Source: Tricharina praecox (taxonomy: Eukaryota). Taken from it: a stretch of DNA of 64,000 nucleotides. This document shows, in pieces, positions 1-9,526 of the stretch. Each line of letters opens with the position of its first letter. Within the stretch, counting starts at the first letter, position 1. Position numbers and translations under genes: made by a program. The notes beneath the pieces are model-generated. The model saw only the letters and a program-made list of their open reading frames with translations. It made no database searches and was not told the DNA's origin. The DNA lies in contig NW_026250404.1 of NCBI RefSeq assembly GCF_024521635.1, positions 1,798,001 through 1,862,000 on the forward strand, in the 5' to 3' direction.

Positions 1-3000
1 ATGCTCTCGGATGAACACGGTGGAAAGCTGCGCCCGCAAAGCCGTTTGTTCTTTGACGCACACGTCGAGGAACTCGTGGGTGGACTGTTCCAGCGCAGAC
101 TCGACCCAGTCATCAGTGCTCTTGCGACTATCAATGATACACTGACCGCAATGTCCGCCTTCAGCTCGACTAGGAGTCTCGGCGAGTACGCTACTAGTGA
201 CGCCGACGACGAGGAAGAAGACGATACCGAGGATCTCGTGCCGCATAAAACTCCGCGGGATAGAAAACTTCAGAAGATCAAGGCGGCGTTGTCCGAGGTG
301 TTGTTGGCTCAGCGGAGTGGAGGTGCAATCTCCGAGCAGAATCTTGAGGCGATCAAGGATGCGGTTGTTAATAGCAGCATTCAAAGCCATGACTTTGCTG
401 AGGTCAAGTCTGCCATTGCCGACATGCTTGAAAAGGCTGCCGGCCACGAGGACTTGTCCGAGGTGAAGACTACCCTGGGGGATATTGCCGCAAGGGTTGC
501 ACAAAGCGCCGAATTGGTCGACCTTAAAGCCACCGTTTCCGCGGCTGCTCGGGAAACCGCTCAGGCTTGCGCCACGGCCCTGCAGGGTACCGCTAAATCC
601 CAGGATATGGCTGCTGTCAGGGAGAGTGTGGTGACGCTGAGAGATACTGTTCGCGATGCCGTTGATGAAATCGTGACCAATGTTAGCGACAGGGTTGACG
701 ATACGAAGTTCGCGCTTCAGGACGTCCTGATGCGAGCCGCTCAACGCAGCGATATTGCAGAAGTCAAGGCCGCCATCGCCAACTCGATGAACAACGCTGC
801 TCGGAAGGAAGACCTTATTCCTCTACACAACGTTCTTGCCGAAACATTCTCGAAATCTGCAAAGACGGATGAACTCGTCGAGTTGAACCGTATCTTGGTC
901 GAGATCATGAACACTGTGACAAGCAATGACATTGGGCCGACACATCTCGAGATTCTTCGCCTCAAGCAGGAGAACGATCAGTTTGGCCCTCTGCTGCATG
1001 AGGTGCTTCGGCTCACTCAGGACTTCTCGGCAAACATGGAGTTCCACCAGGAGGCCCAGCAGGAAACCGCCAAGGAGGGTCAAGCCACGCTCTCTACCCG
1101 TATCAGCGAGGTCTACTCTGCCGTACGGGAGATGACAACGTTCGTTCAATCCAGTGCTTCCAAGGGTGACATGCGCCGCAACCTTGCGGAGCAAGGACAG
1201 AAGGAGGATGCCGCAATAATTAAGATGTCAATCGCAGAGACCAAACTGCACATCCAGGAGCTCGCAAGGGTGCAGCCCACTCTCGAGGATTTCCACTCGG
1301 TTGTTGATAAGGTCACCACCAATCAACCAAAGATTGACGAATTCAAGTCAGCAATGGCGGAAGCCGTTGCTGCTACAGTCCCGGGCTTGGACGATATCAA
1401 GAAAAGTCTTCGAGACATCATCAAAGAAGACCCTACTGGAGTTGCAGAATTTAAGAGGGCGGCCGAGGAGGACCGGCAGCGCAATGTGGAGGAGTTCCGG
1501 ACGGTGGTCAACCAGGCTTCTTTGAACAACCCTTGGTCTCAACCATCTCTGGATGATTTCCGGGCCCTCATGGAAGATGTCATTTCCAAGCAGCAGATGT
1601 TTATTCCCCTCAACTTTGACAGCCCCGAGGACAGCGATTCCAAGGAGAATTTGAAGTTGAAGATTGAGGCCTTGGAGAGGGATGTTGCGCTCTTCCAGAA
1701 GCGTGGTGACGAGGAGGTGGAGAGGAAGCGACAGTGGCAGGAGAAGACGATTGAGCTGGAGACGAAACTCAAGCTTGCCGAGGAAGAGGCAGCCAAGCAC
1801 CGTGAGGTGGCCGAAGAGAAGGACCGTCGTCTGAAAGCCTCCGACGAGAAACGACACCAGACGCTCACATCGGCCCAGATGCGGAGTGCACTGCTCGAGG
1901 GTGCACACTCATCCCTTCAAAAGTCCAACGGTGAGCTCGCGGCAAAGAATGCTGAGCTCGAGGGAGCTATGCGGGAAGCACAGACGAGTGAGGAGAAGCA
2001 CCGAGGATGGAATCTGCAGTTGGAGAACGAGAATAAGGAGCTGAGGAGAGCCATCGAAGCCCTGAAGTCAGAAACGGAGGAAAGTATCAAAGTCCGAGAA
2101 TCCTTCCGTTCGAAGTTTGACAGAGTTCAGGAGGACATGCGTCGCCTGTCATTGGAAATCGGACAAGAGCAGGGCAAATGGAGAAAGACCCAGGAGGAGC
2201 AGAAAGCTCGAACCGAAGTCCTCGAAGCAAAACTGGCCGCCGAGATAAGCAGAAGCCAGGGGCTCGAGGGAGAGGTCCGGCGACTTGAGGTCGAGGAGAA
2301 GGAATCCATTCGACTCAGGATCGAGACCGAACAACTGCACAGGGCCACTGTCAAGGCCGAGGAACTAATTACCGAGCTGAGACACGAATCCATCGAGAAT
2401 CAATCCCGCATTGCTCAGCTCACCCATGAGGTTGCCCAAGCCCGCGAATCTGCCGGAGATGAGGTGAGCAGGGTTAGGTCAACTCTCTACCAAGAGATGG
2501 ATGTTGTCAATGTCGAGTTGTCTTCCGTCCGGAAAGCTTTGGAGACGGAGGTTGAGAAGGGTCGGGCTGAGAAGGAGAGGTTGGAGCGCCTATTGGAAGA
2601 AACACAAATTTCCAACGCAGCTGCACTCCAACAGGTCGTGCAAGAGAAGGCTAAGGCCCTGGAGGAGGCGGCAGAGTCTAAGGCGGCAGCACTCGAGGAC
2701 CAGCATCGTAAGAACGAACGTCAGCTTGATGATGAACGGAGCCAACACGAACGGGCGTACCGCATCGTCACAGAAGACGCTGAGCGTGATCAATACTTCC
2801 TGCAAGAGCGACTCACCATTGCTCAATCCGAGACCAAGAACCTCCGCGACCACATCAACAGCTTGCAGATCCAGGTCAGGACGCTCAACGAGAACTTCAA
2901 GATCGCCAATGTTGCTGCTCAAGCGGCCGCCCAGGCTGCAACTACGGTTAGAGAGATGACAGCACCAAATGTTTCCGACGAGCGTGCTCTTCGCGAGTCG

Positions 3001-3816
3001 GTACATGTCCTCCAGAACCAACTCCAGCAACGCGAGACTCGCATCGACCAGCTAGAAAGCGAGCTTGCTGATGTCAACATCAACAGCTCGAAGCTGAAGG
3101 AGATCGAGGGTCAGCTCAACATGTACCGTGAACTGCTCGACCTCCGCATTGACGACCTCGAGGAGATTATCCACACGTGCAACCTCCCGCATCTCGACCG
3201 GGGCAGCCTTCGGGATGCCGCCACGCGGCTAAGGGCGAGCTTGGAGATGCAGCTTCATGAGAAAGAGCGTGCCATGGGCATTACCAAGCCCGAAGAAGAA
3301 AATACGTTGGCTAGTGTTTCGCATGCTGCCGCGAAGCTTCCCGGCGTAGCTTCGGCTGCCTGGCAGACGTGGAAGAATCGGGGAAGGACCTCTGGTGATG
3401 TCACGCCTAGGGACACACCGCCTTCGTCAGTACCTTCTCGACCAACATCCGCCGCTAGTGGGTTCTTGAACGGTATCCTGGCTCCTCCCAGTAATACCCT
3501 GACCGGAGCTCGAAGGTTTGGTGCTGGGTTCGGCCGCAGCAACGCACCTGCCGATGTCCCTTCAGCAACACCGAGGGCTCCGCCGACTGTGAGAGCGATG
3601 GAAAAGCGGTCCACTCCCTACACCGGTCGACGACCAATAGGTTCTTCGCCAGGACCATCAAATGCACTCTTTCGCAAGGACAACTACGATGCGGACGCGG
3701 ACAGTAGCGTGTTGAGCGGAGAGTTCTACGACGACGATGGGGACAATGCTACCGAGACTGGAGACGACCACGGTGATATGGAACCCTTCGGAATGAGCCC
3801 GTACACGCGGCATTGA
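1..3816 (+). CDS. Long coiled-coil protein, probably 5'-truncated by the window edge. It resembles the fungal family usually auto-annotated as 'myosin class II heavy chain'; no motor domain is visible.
   Basis: Open frame of 1271 codons from base 1 to TGA at 3816. About 500 aa of E/K/R/L heptad-rich sequence (e.g. AQMRSALLEGAHSSL, LRESVHVLQNQLQQRETRIDQLE), then an S/P-rich tail. A T-rich 3' region follows. Confidence 0.75.
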   Translation: MLSDEHGGKLRPQSRLFFDAHVEELVGGLFQRRLDPVISALATINDTLTAMSAFSSTRSLGEYATSDADDEEEDDTEDLVPHKTPRDRKLQKIKAALSEVLLAQRSGGAISEQNLEAIKDAVVNSSIQSHDFAEVKSAIADMLEKAAGHEDLSEVKTTLGDIAARVAQSAELVDLKATVSAAARETAQACATALQGTAKSQDMAAVRESVVTLRDTVRDAVDEIVTNVSDRVDDTKFALQDVLMRAAQRSDIAEVKAAIANSMNNAARKEDLIPLHNVLAETFSKSAKTDELVELNRILVEIMNTVTSNDIGPTHLEILRLKQENDQFGPLLHEVLRLTQDFSANMEFHQEAQQETAKEGQATLSTRISEVYSAVREMTTFVQSSASKGDMRRNLAEQGQKEDAAIIKMSIAETKLHIQELARVQPTLEDFHSVVDKVTTNQPKIDEFKSAMAEAVAATVPGLDDIKKSLRDIIKEDPTGVAEFKRAAEEDRQRNVEEFRTVVNQASLNNPWSQPSLDDFRALMEDVISKQQMFIPLNFDSPEDSDSKENLKLKIEALERDVALFQKRGDEEVERKRQWQEKTIELETKLKLAEEEAAKHREVAEEKDRRLKASDEKRHQTLTSAQMRSALLEGAHSSLQKSNGELAAKNAELEGAMREAQTSEEKHRGWNLQLENENKELRRAIEALKSETEESIKVRESFRSKFDRVQEDMRRLSLEIGQEQGKWRKTQEEQKARTEVLEAKLAAEISRSQGLEGEVRRLEVEEKESIRLRIETEQLHRATVKAEELITELRHESIENQSRIAQLTHEVAQARESAGDEVSRVRSTLYQEMDVVNVELSSVRKALETEVEKGRAEKERLERLLEETQISNAAALQQVVQEKAKALEEAAESKAAALEDQHRKNERQLDDERSQHERAYRIVTEDAERDQYFLQERLTIAQSETKNLRDHINSLQIQVRTLNENFKIANVAAQAAAQAATTVREMTAPNVSDERALRESVHVLQNQLQQRETRIDQLESELADVNINSSKLKEIEGQLNMYRELLDLRIDDLEEIIHTCNLPHLDRGSLRDAATRLRASLEMQLHEKERAMGITKPEEENTLASVSHAAAKLPGVASAAWQTWKNRGRTSGDVTPRDTPPSSVPSRPTSAASGFLNGILAPPSNTLTGARRFGAGFGRSNAPADVPSATPRAPPTVRAMEKRSTPYTGRRPIGSSPGPSNALFRKDNYDADADSSVLSGEFYDDDGDNATETGDDHGDMEPFGMSPYTRH

Positions 3817-4666
3817 ACATAAAGATTGATTGATTGATTGAGTGTTGGGATGGGGGTTTCCTTTTTTTTATTTTTATTCTGCTCTTTTTTTTCCTATTTG
3901 GGGGCGATTGGGTGTCTAGAATGTGGATTAATTGGGCGTCTTTATCTTCGTTGTTTTTTACTCTCTGATTATTATTTTCCCTTCTCGTTTATTATTCTCC
4001 CTTCTCGTATGTTTTTGTTCTTTGTTCACGTTTTCAGTGTTTGGTTGAGTACTTCTCTCCTTTGTGTATCTGCCTCGCTTTTTCTTCTATTTATGAGCAT
4101 TAATACGTCTGGCGGGGGTTGAAGAGGGGATTTCATTTGTTCACTTAATGTGCTTTTCTCTTTCTTTTTGAAGACTTAGGGCGGAGTTCACCAAAAACTG
4201 CTGTTGAGATTATATGGATGGTTGTGAAACCGGAAACATTGTTGTTTTTTTATTTTTTTATATACCCTTCAACGGTGCAATCGGATTGGCGGCCTCGTTT
4301 TTTTTCCCTTTTCTATTTGCTTCTTTTAGGTATGAATTTCTGTAATGTTCTCATGTCAATAATTTACAATACGTTTTCTCGGGTATCATACGATGGAATA
4401 AGAGGATTCTTCACAGTTGGATAAAAGCGGAGTTGCTACGTACGGCTGGGATCACCATAATGTAGTGCCATAAGGCTGCTGCTGCTGCGGAGTTGATGCC
4501 GTTGGGGCTCGATTTAGGGCGGCAACGGTTCTGCTGCCTGTTTAGAGGCACGACCGTCGACCGGCAAGCCTCTGGTTTTATCGAGAACCTTCTGTGCATT
4601 CTTGGCTGGTCCCGTGAAGCAACTTCCCGTCGCTGCTAGTTAGCCTTGTAGTCCACCCGCCCTCAT

Positions 4667-4698
4667 CCTCCTCCTCCTCCTCCTCCTCCTCCTCCTCC
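4667..4698. repeat. (CCT)~10 microsatellite upstream of CPR6
   Basis: Direct reading; pyrimidine-rich tract about 90 bp before the ATG at 4788. Confidence 0.9.
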
Positions 4699-4787
4699 AG
4701 ACCTCCTACACCTTCGACAATATCTTAATTTCTGCGACAACCCCACCTCCTCAACCATCACCGCCGAATACACATACAAGAAACGCC

Positions 4788-6380
4788 ATGGCTGACGACG
4801 CTCCCGCTGCTGTTGCTCCCGATGTTGCTCCCGCGGAGACTACTGCTCCTAGTAAGTGTTAACGCGGGGTAGTGGGGTTACGTCCAGAGCCGCACGTACA
4901 TATGATGGCTAACACCTTGTGCACGAGTAGAGCGTGCCCGTGTCTTCCTTGACATCGCTATAGGAAAGGCGAAGCCCGAGCGTGTTGCTCTCGAGTTGGT
5001 GGGTTCACTTCTTCTTCTCCTTCTTGTTCTTCTTTGTGTTCTTTGTGTTCTGTCGCGCGGGGGAGAGTGGGAGAGAGAGGTGCTAACTAACCGTGTGTGT
5101 CTGTGTAGTACAATGACAGTGAGCTTCCTGCTGCATACGAAGCACTGATATAGGAGGGTTGCTGATGGAATGTAGTCTGTCCGAAGACGGCCGAGAACTT
5201 CCGCGCGCTGTGCACTGGCGAGAAGGGAGTGGGGAAGATGGGAAAGCCGCTTCACTACAAGGATAGCACTTTCCACCGTGTCATCAAGGGCTTCATGCTG
5301 CAGGCTGGTGACTTCACGGCGGGCAACGGGTATGTCTTTCCATATTGGGGGTTGGAGCGCTGGGTTGTTGATGGGTTGTGGTGTGAAGCTCCGGCGGTGA
5401 ATCCATCTACGGCGAAAAGTTCGAGGATGAGAACTTCGTGAAGAAGCACGACAAGCCGTTCTTGCTGTCGATGGCGAATGCTGGTCCTGGTAGGTGTCTC
5501 TCTTGGGAGTTTCTGGCGGGGGAGGGACAGGTATTGACAGTCGGGGCGTGCAGCTACGAATGGAAGTCAGTTCTTCATCACGACTGTTCCAACCCCGCAT
5601 CTCGACGGAAAGCATGTCGTTTTTGGAGAAGTCCTCAGCGGAAAGAGTACCATCCGCAAGATTGAGGATATGCCCACCGACAACACTGACAAGCCCGGAA
5701 AGCCGGTTGTCATCGTTAGTGAGTTGCCTTGCCTTGATGAGGACCAAAGGATTGGTTGTGTGAATTGCTGACCATGGATAGACTGCGGTGAGCTGAAGGG
5801 TCCCGACGCCGATATTGCTACTATCCGCCAGGACGACGGCACTGGTGACCAGTACGAGGACTTCCCCGCCGACGAGGACCCAGACATGGGCGGAGAGACC
5901 ATCGGTCGCATCGCCAGCGAGATCAAGGACTTTGGAAATAAGGCTTTCAAGGCGGGGGATCTTGAGCTCGGCTTGGACAAGTACCAGAAGGCTCTGCGGT
6001 ACCTCGGACAGTGGCCAACTCCTGAAGACAACGATCCCAAGGAGCTCTGGGGCCAGCTCCAGCAGCTGCGTTTCGTCTGCCACAACAACTCTGCCCTGCT
6101 CCACAACAAGCAGAACAACCCGCGGGGCGCGGTCGAGAGTGCCAGCAAGGCCCTCGAGATTGAAGGTATCGACGGAAAAGATAAGGCCAAAGCGTACTTC
6201 CGACGTGCCACGGCCAAGACTAGTCTCAAGGACGACGAGGGAGCGGTTGAGGATCTTGCCGAGGCTCACAAGCTGTCGCTTGAAGATGCGCTCATCGTCC
6301 AGTCGCTCGACGCGGCTAAGGCTAGGATTGCGGCGAAGAAGCAGAAGCAGAAGGCGGCGTTGAAGAATTTCTTCAGCTAG
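4788..6380 (+). CDS. CPR6: Peptidyl-prolyl cis-trans isomerase D (cyclophilin-40: cyclophilin domain plus TPR), 7 exons
   Basis: Introns at 4852-4930, 4999-5108, 5119-5175, 5330-5388, 5490-5553 and 5719-5781 give [94 protein letters not shown] region follows ([19 protein letters not shown]). Confidence 0.95.
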
Positions 6381-6632
6381 AAGAGTTTTGTGGAAACGGC
6401 GATATGGTGGTGGTGATACCATGGTGATCTAAGACCGCTGCTGTACTGTTCTTCTCTTGTCTTTCTTGTTTCTTCACAAAACGGCGATAATGGGGTTTTT
6501 TTTCTTCTTCAATTGGTGTTTTTGGGCTGGGTTACATTAGAAGCCATTTCTTCTCATTTCCATACTTACGCCTCAGTGATGCCGTGATGAATTGGACCCT
6601 GACCTTTGTTACCCGTGTTTCGTTTCCACTTT

Positions 6633-6638
6633 ACGCGT
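6633..6638. promoter_or_regulatory. MCB (MluI cell-cycle box) ACGCGT upstream of the Cdt1-like gene
   Basis: Exact ACGCGT about 285 bp before the ATG at 6923, plus ACGCGA at about 6846. cdt1 is an established MBF target in fission yeast. Function here is inferred. Confidence 0.45.
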
Positions 6639-6922
6639 GTAACACGGTTCGGGATAACTATCCCCGTAACTGTAGCAACGGAAAAGTAAACAAACCAATT
6701 GATTCGCCAGCGCCAGTATCCCTGCTCACACTCACACTCACACTCACTACTCACCTCCATTTTCCCTCCCCCCATCCTACATAGAATACCTATCCTGTCA
6801 CCGCCTCCCAGCTCATCCCTTCTCACGCCCTCTTCCTTCTTCTTCACGCGACCTGTACCAAAATATCCGAGCAACGAGTAATTGTACCTCTACATACCTG
6901 TATTGATAACTTCGTCGCAAGC

Positions 6923-8623
6923 ATGCCGCCAAAGCGCCAACCTACCACTACTACCTCCACCTCCAACACAGCAAGCACGGTGAGGAGGACATTGAGACCT
7001 TCGAAAGCCACCGCTGCAACGACGGTCGCGGCGAAGAAAGCGGTAGCCGCTTCGACGACGACTACTACGAAGACAAGAGGGACGAAGCGGAAGCTTGAGG
7101 CCGAAGCTGAAGTGGAAGTGGAAGAGAGGGTGGTTATTCAGCAGGAAGGAGACGAGGATGTGGTGGTGAAGCCTCGGCTAGTTATTAAGCAGGATGGGGA
7201 TGAGGACGTGGTGATTTCTGTTGCGAAGAAGGCCGTAACGAAGACGACGACGACGACCAAGAGAACGCCGGCAAAACGGGGCAAGGCCGAGACAAAGAAG
7301 ACGCCGGCGAAGAGGACGCCGGCGAAACGCGTCAAGATTGAGGTTGAAGAGGTGGTTGTCAAGGCGGAGGTGAATGCGACGCCCAAGAAACCGGCAACTG
7401 TCAAGCCCATGCCCACGCCAGCAAAGACTCCGGCGAAGACTAGAACGGGTACATTGGACGCCTTCCTTGCCGGCACACTCACGCCAAAAAAGACGCCGAA
7501 GAAGCCGTCTGGGACACTCGACGATTTCGTTTTGCGGACTCCTGTTGCAGTAAGAGAGGAGACGCCTGTGGAGGAAACGCCAGTAAAGACATCAAAGAAA
7601 CCGTCAGGAAACCTCGATGACTTTGTTACGCGGACACCTACCGCTGCTATTGCTACGCCAACGCCAAAGAAGCCCTCGGGGAAACTCGACAGCTTCGTCG
7701 CCAAAACGTCCTCTAGTCCGTTGAAGCAACGTGCCGGAAACGAAGATACCCAGCCTGAAGACGCCGAGGCCGAAGACCTACCAGAGTCATTAACCTGTCT
7801 AATCCGCTTCCACGGCTCACTCCTCACCGCGCTGCTCCTACACAAGGCGCAGAACAGCTCCGGCATCTTCCCGTCCTTCGCCGCGATGAAGCCTCACATC
7901 GAGCGGCTCACATCCAAGCGCGTGTCTCTCGAGGACATACGCAAAATCGTCTTCCTCTCGCACTACAATCTCCCGTCCGATGCGAAGGGTGGCCTAGAGC
8001 TCATCGACTACGGCGCGGGCAAAACAGTCGTGAAGTTCGTCGAAACCGCGTCCACGAAGCTGATCCACAGCGAGTCCCTCAAAACGCTCTTCCGGCAGCA
8101 AGTCCGCGAGTTCCACGCGCACCTGGGCGCCGACGCTGCCGTGCCCCTCGCCCAGATCCACGAGCACCTGCACCGCACCACGATCAACACCGTCCTGCAC
8201 GGTAAATCCCAGCAGCTGATCAAGGAGCTCAAAGCCGTCCCCAAGAAGAGCACCATCACGTTCACCGCCAAAAAAGCCGCCGCCTCAACCCGCTCCTCGG
8301 GCCTGATCGAGCGCATCCGCGCCAAGGCTGCCGCCGCAGAGAAGCCGCCTACCCCCGAGGAGCTCCTGCGCCGTGCGGCGGGTGACAGAGTAGGCGAGGT
8401 CAGAGAGATATTGCGCGGGTGCCGAGCGAAGGGCGGAAGTCTTGGGCTCAGGGCCGCCGTCGAGAAGGTCCGCGAGAGCGTCAAGAATCCGATTGGTGCC
8501 GATGAGGCGGAGCTCGCGGTTAAGCTCGTGGCGGAGATGGAGCCCTGGTGCGATGTGCGTATAAGTGGAGGAGTGGGCGCGGTCGTGTTTGGTGGCTGGG
8601 AGGGCGAGGGGCTGTTCGCGTAA
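6923..8623 (+). CDS. CDT1: Cdt1-like DNA replication licensing factor: basic, TP-rich disordered N-terminus and winged-helix-like middle and C-terminal domains
   Basis: Intronless 566-aa ORF. LKPHIERLTSKRVSLEDIRKI-type middle segment. The C-terminus ..AVEKVRESVKNPIGADEAELAVKLVAEMEPWCDV..GAVVF resembles fungal Cdt1 C-terminal domains. Many TPxK CDK sites and an upstream MCB. Confidence 0.65.
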   Translation: MPPKRQPTTTTSTSNTASTVRRTLRPSKATAATTVAAKKAVAASTTTTTKTRGTKRKLEAEAEVEVEERVVIQQEGDEDVVVKPRLVIKQDGDEDVVISVAKKAVTKTTTTTKRTPAKRGKAETKKTPAKRTPAKRVKIEVEEVVVKAEVNATPKKPATVKPMPTPAKTPAKTRTGTLDAFLAGTLTPKKTPKKPSGTLDDFVLRTPVAVREETPVEETPVKTSKKPSGNLDDFVTRTPTAAIATPTPKKPSGKLDSFVAKTSSSPLKQRAGNEDTQPEDAEAEDLPESLTCLIRFHGSLLTALLLHKAQNSSGIFPSFAAMKPHIERLTSKRVSLEDIRKIVFLSHYNLPSDAKGGLELIDYGAGKTVVKFVETASTKLIHSESLKTLFRQQVREFHAHLGADAAVPLAQIHEHLHRTTINTVLHGKSQQLIKELKAVPKKSTITFTAKKAAASTRSSGLIERIRAKAAAAEKPPTPEELLRRAAGDRVGEVREILRGCRAKGGSLGLRAAVEKVRESVKNPIGADEAELAVKLVAEMEPWCDVRISGGVGAVVFGGWEGEGLFA

Positions 8624-9526
8624 GAATGTAGCTTTTTGGATTGTACATTGGTTATGAGCCGGGTAGATCTGTAGACTGTAGTGTTTGGTTTTTTGACTGG
8701 GTGTATGGGAGTTTCTTTTTGTCTTTGTCGTTGTCTTTGTCTTTGTCTTTGTCCTGTGTGTTTTTTGGAATGTTTAGCGAGTGGGACTGTGGGAGGTGAT
8801 TATACCCATGCGGATGAATGTATTGGATTGTAGCATAGCATAGAATACCCTGGCATACATTATGTAGGAGGTTTTAAGGAAGGAAGCATCAATTGGAATC
8901 GAGTCAAGTCAATGATCATCGTTCATTGTTCACAAGAAAAACGTGCATTGGTAACTAAGGGGAATGTCGTATGTAGAACTCTCCATCAACGACAATTCAC
9001 CATGCACAAAGACAGTCAAGCGACGAGATGAATGAATATGCAATTCACAGTGGTTATGAAACTATGCATACAAGTACATACAAGTACATACAATCCGCCC
9101 ACCACTCCACCAGCCCAGCCCAGCCAATTCCAATGCATAACCATCCTCCCTCTTGGATCCTTTCCTCCAAATTCCCCTTCCCCCATCCATACCCTTCCTG
9201 CCCTCTTGGATCCTTTCCCCTAAATCCCTTTCCTCCAAATCCCTATACCCCCTCCATATCCCTCCCGCCCTCTGGATAACCCCAATCCCAATCCCAAAAC
9301 CCGCCAGTCAGTACAAAAAGAAACGAAATGCACGGCTCGCTGAAACGTACGCATAATACACAGAAAATAAGATATGTAAAAGCCAACAGAAAACCGCCCA
9401 GCAGCCGTGAACAGATGATTGATGTTACAAAAAAACGCGGAAATCAAAATCCAGAAGCCAAGCTCCCCCATATCGTAGGAAACCCCCATCAATACCGTAA
9501 GAAACCCCCGTCATAAAATCCAGAAA

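Noticed and set aside
4585..4601. Heat-shock element upstream of CPR6
   Set aside because: Only two correctly spaced units (GAAccTTC); the third TTC is off register.
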